From positions 17,112,001 to 17,176,000 of the forward strand of contig OZ024751.1 in assembly GCA_964016885.1 (NCBI GenBank): a stretch of DNA of 64,000 bases. Direction: 5' to 3'. The translations under genes and the position numbers were made by a program. The notes beneath the pieces are model-generated. The model was not told the origin of the DNA, did no database searches, and worked only from the letters and a program-made list of their open reading frames with translations. Origin of the DNA: Eledone cirrhosa. Lineage: Eukaryota. Positions 55,885-64,000 of this stretch are shown piece after piece. How positions within the stretch are numbered: the stretch's first letter is position 1; each line of letters begins with the position of its first letter.

Positions 55885-57200
55885 GAAAGGTCGAGAGGAG
55901 GTAGCGAACACGTTTATAGCGTGCGTCATCTACTACCGCTTGACCGTCGTGCCTTGTCCAGCCAAAACGCTCACCAAAATGGAGCGCGCGTTCTTCCAAT
56001 TCCTTTGGAAGAAACGGGCTCCTTTGGTGAGAAGATCCATCTGCTGCCAACACCCTTCAAACAGTGGGCTGGGGATGCCGTGGCTGACGATGCCCAAACA
56101 CGAGCTCAGGCTGCGGCACCTCCACGTATTCCTCACCGGACAACCGGTGTGGGCCCCGTTCGTGAGGCGAACCTTCCCACGACTCGTCTCGTTGACCGAG
56201 CTGCAGTCCTGGGTCAAGCAAAGCCCGAGGAAAATGGGCGACTGGTACATCGAATGTGCTCAGGTGCTGACAATCCTCTAGCAAACGGACGCGGCGATCA
56301 GTGGAGACTCCACTTCGTCATTCTATAGAGGGTTGGTACGCAGCAAGTGCCACAACGCGCTCGGAGAAACTCCGGATGTAGAGGAGGACGAACTGGCCAG
56401 TTTGTTCGGTAGGATCTTCCGTCCGGGACCGATGGACAACTTCCAAAAGTCCCTAGCCTGCAGTGCTACCTAGGAGCTCTACCAGTTCGAGACAAGTTCT
56501 ACAGACATGGGCGCCCGGGCAGGGACCCTTCGAAAAAGATCTGTCCGAGATGCGTGCGCGACGAGGAAACCGTCGCGCACGCATTTGTTCACTGCCCGAA
56601 CGTTACCGACCTGTGGGGCTATGTAGAACGACTATTGTCGCGGGTGAGACCAATCCGGTTGACCACCGAGTCCATTATCATGATCAAACCGCCACCCTCC
56701 TTCAAAAACGAAGGAGAGGAGGTTTTTCTTTGTGTGATAGCTATGGCGAAAGAGGTTGTATGGTGGACAAGATTGAAAGGGCTGAGGTCAGACACCTTTC
56801 TCTCCGGCCAACAACTGATTCTTTTTTTCAAATACCACTTTGGAAGAAGAATCAGGATGGAGAGAGAGGTGCTGTACCCCAGCAAGTTTTATGAAAGGTG
56901 GGTGAAAGTGGCGAGAATGGCCCGAGTGAATGGGCCTTCTCTCTATATCAGCCTGTAGATTGAGGAAAAGGGGGAGGAGAGGAAAGGAGTACAAACCTTC
57001 GTACTCCTGGAGATGAGGGTTGCGCATTTTTTCGGGGGTATGTGTTACCCATATGAACTGTCTCCCCCTATTGAGGAAAATCGACTTATTTTTTAAATTG
57101 CACTTGTGATAACATTTTACACGTTTTTATTGCATGTAAACTTCCCCCGTTGTATTGTCCCCTTCTTTTGTGCCCCTGTGGCTAATAAAGAAACATATCT
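55885..57200 (+). mobile_element. L1/Tx1-clade LINE 3' fragment (post-RT region, zinc knuckle, 3'UTR)
   Basis: FFQFLWK...GLGMP and CPRCVRDEETVAHAFVHCP; stops and frameshifts; GC-rich; AATAAA followed by (TCTA)/(TA)n. Confidence 0.85.
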
Positions 57201-57231
57201 ATCTATCTATATATCTCTCTCTATATATATC

Positions 57232-57306
<75 letters not shown>

Positions 57307-58839
57307 TAAACGTCATGCACAAAAGTAGGCTAAGATAGCTAAGTGCATTCTTGTATATTGTGATACACATCGAATGCATACAAGAAAATCAGAGTAGCCG
57401 AACTTAGATGTTTTTTTTGTTTTTGGTATTCACGATGTTATTATGCTTTTATAAATGAAATGTTTTAAACTTGTATGCTTCTCGGAAACATGTACAGAAT
57501 GTGATCAACACCGAGAAATAAGAACACTTTTACCTCGTTCCAAGTTAGAGAGGAATAAAAACATAAAAATTACCACAGTCACAAAACCATATATATATAC
57601 TTATCTACATACATACATACGTATATATACATACGTACAGACACACATACATACACATATACGGACATACATACACATACACATATACAAATATACAGAC
57701 ATACGCACATACCTGCATACATACACATATACATACATTTCTACATATATACATACATACGCACATACCTCCATACATACACATATACATACATATCTAC
57801 ATATATGCATAGATACCTGCGTACATACACATATACGTACATACCTGCACACATACACATATGCACACATACCTACAGGCATATATTTTACCTGCATACA
57901 TACACATATACATATAGCCATGCACACATAGACACATACCTACCTACATACATACATACATAAATACACATCTATTGATGCATAGGTACACTCGCACATA
58001 TACACTCACATATCATATAAAAAGGAATCCATTGAAAAAAATTATGCATTAAATAGAAAGATGAGTTATTGGATGAAACGGACCTTTCATTGTGGCTTGT
58101 TTTCAATCCTTTTTCGCTATCTTTTATATCATTTGTACTTAGTTTCTTTATTTGGTAACGTCAAGAATTATTATTTACTTTCCTACTGAGATGTTATATA
58201 AAAGATTTATTTTCCTTTCATTCGCTACATTCTGCCTTCATTGGCCAATAGAGAAACTGTATAGACTAGAATCTCCATAAAAGCCATTCGTAGAAAAGCG
58301 AGAAGTAAAACAAAAATCAATAAATATACTAATAAATATATATATAATATAAACAAAATATATTTCAAAATGGTTTTCTATGGCAGACGTATCGGTGGCT
58401 CCTTTTCGAAATGTATCACAAAAGCCTAACTAGCTCATGTCATTTTGAATTTGTATGTGACTTGAACGGACTGCAGCATATGTGAAGTACAAAGAAAAAA
58501 AAAGAAGAGTGAATGATGAAAAAACGAAACAAAACAAAAGACCTATCGTGTAGAATAAAGAAGGGATGTAGAAGAGAGCGTTATTTCGTTAAACATATAT
58601 TAGCGTGTTATCGCGGCCATTTTCAGAATGTTGACAATAATCTGATAACGTTTCAAATAGAATGGCTTCTAAATGACTGGTTAATTTATACCGGCCACAT
58701 AGTTGTCTATTGTCTTATCGAATACATTATAGTCGTAACTTAGGTGCACTTACACTAGCAGAGTTCTAGGAATTTTGACAATTTCGGAATATTGCGTGTT
58801 AGCTATGTCTCTTTGATTGAGTGAGCGTATATGCGAGGG

Positions 58840-58914
<75 letters not shown>

Positions 58915-59015
58915 CAACTTGACCTCTTAATACTTTTCTATTGGTCAATTCAAAACCTGTTTCCAAACAGACCTATTTATTAAATCTTTGTTTTTTTTTT
59001 TTCAATAAACAAATC

Positions 59016-59151
59016 TCATCATTTCTGAAGACAGCATATATATGTGAAGGTATGTATATTTCCTCTGATAGTTTGTAATATTTTTACATAGATCTATATG
59101 ATATACATACCAACAGACATATATATCCTAGAAACGAACGTAAAATGCTGA
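59016..59151 (+). ncRNA. Type I hammerhead with extended stem II (family L)
   Basis: tcatcattt CTGAAGA cagcatatatatgt...acatatatatccta GAAA cgaacg TA aaatgctga. Confidence 0.7.
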
Positions 59152-59199
59152 TTTTTTTAATATAAAGAACTTGTTCTTTGTTTTTATTCATTGTTTTTA

Positions 59200-59249
<50 letters not shown>

Positions 59250-59253
<4 letters not shown>

Positions 59254-59620
59254 GGTATCCACTGTAAGTTGTGGGGTCTATTCTGTATGAAGAACTCAAT
59301 GTAATCCATATGTTGAAAATGTTGTAGGTTAAGATAAATCTCAGAAAACAATAAAACATTAAAACGAAAACAGAATCATGATATAAGTTAAAACAATGAA
59401 ATCAAAAATCAACTCATTAGAGATATACTTCACTGCTTTTGAAAACAGCTGGTGATATGCATGTAAGTAAATATTCTCTCTATCTGATAGTTTGTAAACT
59501 TACATAGATCAATAACTGAGTATAGATACAATGTATTATCACCATTTAGAAACGATGATCGTAAAGCAGTGAAGTATATCTCTAATGACTTGATTTTTTA
59601 TTTCATTGTTTTAACTTATA
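59250..59620. mobile_element. Fold-back whose ~58-bp arms extend hammerhead stem I (family J)
   Basis: Arms 59382-59439 and 59563-59620 enclose TTGAAAA (mutated CTGAAGA) cagc-tggtgata...tatcacca-ttta GAAA cgatgatcg TA. Confidence 0.7.
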
Positions 59621-59787
59621 TATATATATATATATATAAGAGAATTTCTAACTCAATATTTTATGTTAGTCTGCCTGAAAATATTCAGGATAAAAAATAT
59701 CTCTTAGTGTAAAAAATATCCTCACCCGTCGGATTCCTCTTCTTTACACGCATCGAAACACACGGCCTACATACATGATATTATTTT

Positions 59788-59964
59788 AGTATCGGTAGAG
59801 GGTCTGACGCCATGCTTTGCAGCAAAGAGTTACGGCCCTTAATGGTCTGAGTTCAAATCACATCGAGGTTTACTTTGCCTTTCATCCTTACCGGGTCGAT
59901 AAAATAAAGTACCAGTAATGCACTGGTTAATTGCTGGCCTTGTGCCAAAAAGTAGAAACAATTA
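59788..59964 (+). mobile_element. tRNA-derived SINE copy
   Basis: Slightly truncated head, B box, core and tail. Confidence 0.9.
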
Positions 59965-60513
59965 TTTTACTCAACGTAGACCTTCACTTGCCACGTTGGA
60001 CACTGTTTCTTGTATATTACATACATCGAACTGGTGAGCTGCAAGTTACATATTTTAGTAAATTCATATTCTCCTAATGCCAAAGGAAAGATTTAATTTT
60101 TAATTCATAATGGCTAGTTCCTGATATCCAGTTGGAAGCGTCAATATATACTAAGGATATGCATAAGGTTATACACGCACACACATACCACACACCCACA
60201 CCCACACACACACACATATATATATATATGTGTGTGTGTGGGTGGGTGTCCAGCTATGTATATAAATAATTTGATTAAGCATACGTTGTATTTAAAATTG
60301 AGTTACACAACTTCAAGTGATTAGCAATTTTTAGAGAACTCAATCAATGAAACAATTTTTAATACTGTAAATGAAACCCTTTTTGTACTGTTGACCATGT
60401 TATTCTCAACTCTTTCACTATATATATTTATATATATTAGTACAACCTTCCTACTTATTATTCCTATATATATGTATATATATATGTATTTATCTATCTA
60501 TCTATCTATCTAC

Positions 60514-60544
<31 letters not shown>

Positions 60545-60545
<1 letters not shown>

Positions 60546-60999
60546 GGTGGCTGCCAACTCGTTTTCGAGTACGGCCACTACTTTATATCCATGTAGGAGA
60601 ACCCTTACCGATGCGCTGAAAGAGTGTGACGTTTTAGTCCAGCCAGCGACTTGAAACTCTGGTACAAACACTACACTTGTGACAATTATTGACACATAGT
60701 GCTGGGCTCTTGGTACCATGTGACGACAAGTGCAGAGAGATCTCCAGATATAAAGCAATGCCTGTGCCGTGAAGCTTTTATAGTGAGCAAAGACACTGCA
60801 GAAAGCCAGTCCCACTCTCTTAACCAACATGATATTTACCAAAAAGAAGTACAATTTAACATCATTGGATACCATCAGGGTTGCAGGTGTTATATCAGAG
60901 TTTTCGTTCTCCTAGAATTCTGCCTTGACAAAGGCTAAGGGGCCATCTCTCCCGGTGATTTTGGATGGCCATTGAATCTTAAGAGCTCCTTTGCCCTTT
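60545..60999 (-). mobile_element. Bipartite RTE-derived element, 5'-truncated copy 3
   Basis: Near-identical to 1297-1745. Confidence 0.8.
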
Positions 61000-61042
61000 A
61001 TGTATATATATATTTATATATATATTAATGATACATCCTTCT

Positions 61043-61075
<33 letters not shown>

Positions 61076-61517
61076 CGTCATCTGCGTAACTAATCACCTA
61101 TTTCTCTTCTTTGATTGGTTTGCTTCCTTAATATTTCACATATATATATTGTTATACTTGAAAAGAATACTGAACAACTAGAAAATATAGGATTATATCA
61201 AAGTGATCTGCATTACGAAAATAGGAAAATAACCGCATCAAACGACACTTTTATTTTTACTTCTACATTCAAATATATTCTAAATTCTACCGGAATCACT
61301 AATGTTTCTGTAACCCAATCAATCCATAAATAGTTTGCCGGTATATATTACGGCAGTTATAATGAATTACCCGCCTACATATATTTGTTTGTGTGAGATC
61401 AGGTGAAATAATTTCTCAAGATATTCAATAGAGTAAGAGATTATATTAGACAATATAGCAACCTGATTAAAGTTAGCTATATTGGCACAAATCGTAATTA
61501 AATAAAAGTAATATAAA

Positions 61518-61635
61518 AAGGCGTGTGTCTGAGCGATTAGATAATTGGATTCGCAATCGTTAGGTTATGAGTTTGATTCCTGGGCCGGGTAATGTGTTAT
61601 GTCCTTGAGCAAGACACTTTATTTCACGTTGCTAC
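61518..61635 (+). mobile_element. CORE-like SINE 5' part
   Basis: tRNA-like head with GAGTTTGATTCC, followed by GTCCTTGAGCAAGACACTTTATTTCACGTTGCT. Confidence 0.7.
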
Positions 61636-61738
61636 TTATATCTGGAGTAGCGACCGATAGATAGTATTAGCAATTGGAAAGACCAACGGAAACATTATTT
61701 CTTTGGGCCGATTTGACAAAAAGGCAATCGACTGTCTA

Positions 61739-61782
<44 letters not shown>

Positions 61783-61985
61783 ATCCCGGGTTTAATCAGG
61801 GATAACCACAGTAACTAAGGTACACAATACATAGTAGAGTATATAATGTTTAATATAGAAATGGCTTCTACAGAACTAGAATTATTTCATTCGAAGGAAA
61901 TCATCAGGATAACCCTTTCCTGATGATTTCCTTTGAATGAAACATTTCTATTCCCGTAAAAGCCATTTCTATATTAAACAATATA

Positions 61986-61988
<3 letters not shown>
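61783..61988. mobile_element. Fold-back with degenerate HHR cores in both arms (family K)
   Basis: Arms 61837-61909 and 61918-61988; CTGATGA tttccttYgaat GAAA in each; tail hairpin at 61819-61840. Confidence 0.75.
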
Positions 61989-62038
<50 letters not shown>

Positions 62039-64000
62039 TATTATACTCCTCGTCACTGTTTTTATATCACCTAGTTGCACTCACGTAGATATATGTAAAT
62101 CAAAATGATCAATTCCTTACGACATAATGTTATATTATTACGATTAAATGATAAATATATCCATAAATCACCTTTGAATATCTGCTTTAAATATCATATA
62201 TAGCAAAGATATAGCCAATGACGACCGATCATAACTTATTTATACTGATCTGAGATAAATAAACACCCAAAGTGAATTATATTTCAATCATAACATAATA
62301 TATACATTTATAATTCATATTTGATTCGAATAACCCACAAAACAGAGATATTGATAAATAATATGATTCCAATAGCATAAATGTTTATTCTATTTAGTTT
62401 AGTGATCTTGTCACTCACAACTAAATAGAAATTCACACACAATATCATCAACTTGATTTGCATATACGTCTGTGAAAGATATTGTGCTTCTTAGGAAAAT
62501 CACTGATAAAACTTGAGGCTTCTTTATGAGACTAAAGTCAGTCTTAAACCCGGAGAATTATCAGGACGGGGCGAACATGGTTTCCCTGAAATAAAGCGAC
62601 TGAGAATACAAGACTTTTCTCTGTCTGTACAGGAGGCCAGTACATCGCTCTCTGAAGCTCTCAGCTATGGTTGGAACTCATTTTGCAGCTACGTATGTTG
62701 CAGAAACGTGAAAATATCATTTTTTGTTTTATAACATAATACACAACCTTGTTCAGGAATTTAACCCTTGACATTCTCATTGTAAGTGCAATGCATTTAT
62801 CACTAGGCCATGCGTTTCCACTCACCAGTTCCCATATGAATAAATGGATGAGAAAGGAATACTCCGTTATTACTACGACGTGTTATGTGAGCTTAAAAGA
62901 TGACGACTGTCTTGATATTTATACACGAGGAAAGAAATCAGATATCTTCTAAAACCACTTTCGAAAAGAACATTTACGTAAGAGAAAAAGTAGAGAAAGC
63001 ATGAAACTTCTTGCGAGAAACAACGTGATAGAACGAACAAAATTGGAATTGCAAATGATCAGTGTGAAGACAAACAAATTGATGAGCTTAGGATCCACAA
63101 CCGGGCCACAAGGTTACGATGGCAAGTAAAAGCAATGTTTTAGTACCATTAATGCAATATAATGTATATATTACATTTCTTCATTATACACTAGATTGTG
63201 AAGCGTTCCGAAATTCATCATGACCTGGTCATTGAGACAACTCGACTACATCTTTTATGATTTAGTTAATAGTGAGATTATATAAGCCAACTGGAATTTT
63301 CTTCAGTGCCGTTATATTTCTAGTTTCTCCCATGTTTTCACATTTAAAACGATTCGTTCCTTACTTACATTCAACTTGAAGCAGCATCTCAGTTTTGTAT
63401 AGGAAATAACTTTTATAAACCGATAACCTAATGGTAGGACATACTTTAGCCTCAAAACATGGGATGATCGTGAAATTAACGGTGTCTTTACAAAGCAATA
63501 TGCTATGGTAGATGTATATATATATGTCTGCATATATATCTGTGAGTTGACGAAATGGCAGAGTCGTTAGAACGTCAGATAGGGTGCTCTGTGTTAGCTG
63601 TTCCGGTTCTCTGATCGCTGAGAAGTCGATAAAATAGTATAAATAAAGAACTGCAGTCGATCCTTCCTTTATAGCTCTTTCACACTTCTCCTCTCTCACT
63701 TTCTATCTGTACTCCCCCAGGCTTAAGTGCCCAAGGAACTCTGTATGTCAATAAGGACTCCCTACGACTGCAACAGGTGTTACGGGACATACAGTCTCGC
63801 TGTGGATATTGTATGCAGTAATGAATGATGTAATGACTAAATGGCGAACATAGTATTTGTGAAGGAAACCCTAGAGTAGAAGACTACTAGATCGGTGTGT
63901 GTGTGTGTGAGCGAGAGAGAGAGAGAGAGAGTGAGTGTATCGAAATCACATGGTATACGGCATGTGTCATTCCGAGTGCCACGTATAACGCTGACAACTT

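Noticed and set aside
62757-63000. Selenocysteine readthrough of the in-frame TGA
   Set aside because: The same frame also contains TAA and TAG stops, and I identified no SECIS.

Overview
A very AT-rich, microsatellite-saturated eukaryotic window. I infer it is from a coleoid cephalopod, probably an octopod, based on the tRNA-derived SINE families and the repeat style. I found no intact host protein-coding gene; nearly all listed ORFs are translations of (TA)n/(TG)n/(TATG)n repeats. Recognisable content: about 20 tRNA-derived SINE copies, three truncated Penelope-like elements (RT C-terminus plus GIY-YIG, Neptune-like), a young 5'-truncated CR1/Jockey-group RT ORF, RTE, RTE-X, L1/Tx1 and R4-like fragments, a bipartite RTE-derived non-autonomous family, and mariner/pogo MITEs. 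The main result is a dense population of more than 15 short non-coding elements from many unrelated sequence families, almost all inserted in (TA)n arrays. They share parts of one architecture: a fold-back inverted repeat, a type I hammerhead ribozyme (whole or half), often AATAAA, and a covarying bulged hairpin (ACTC-stem-loop-stem-TY-GAGT-RCT) at the start of an unpaired tail. Two families link physically to Penelope ORFs, so these look like solo or inverted pseudo-LTRs. All folds were read by eye; none was computed or tested.
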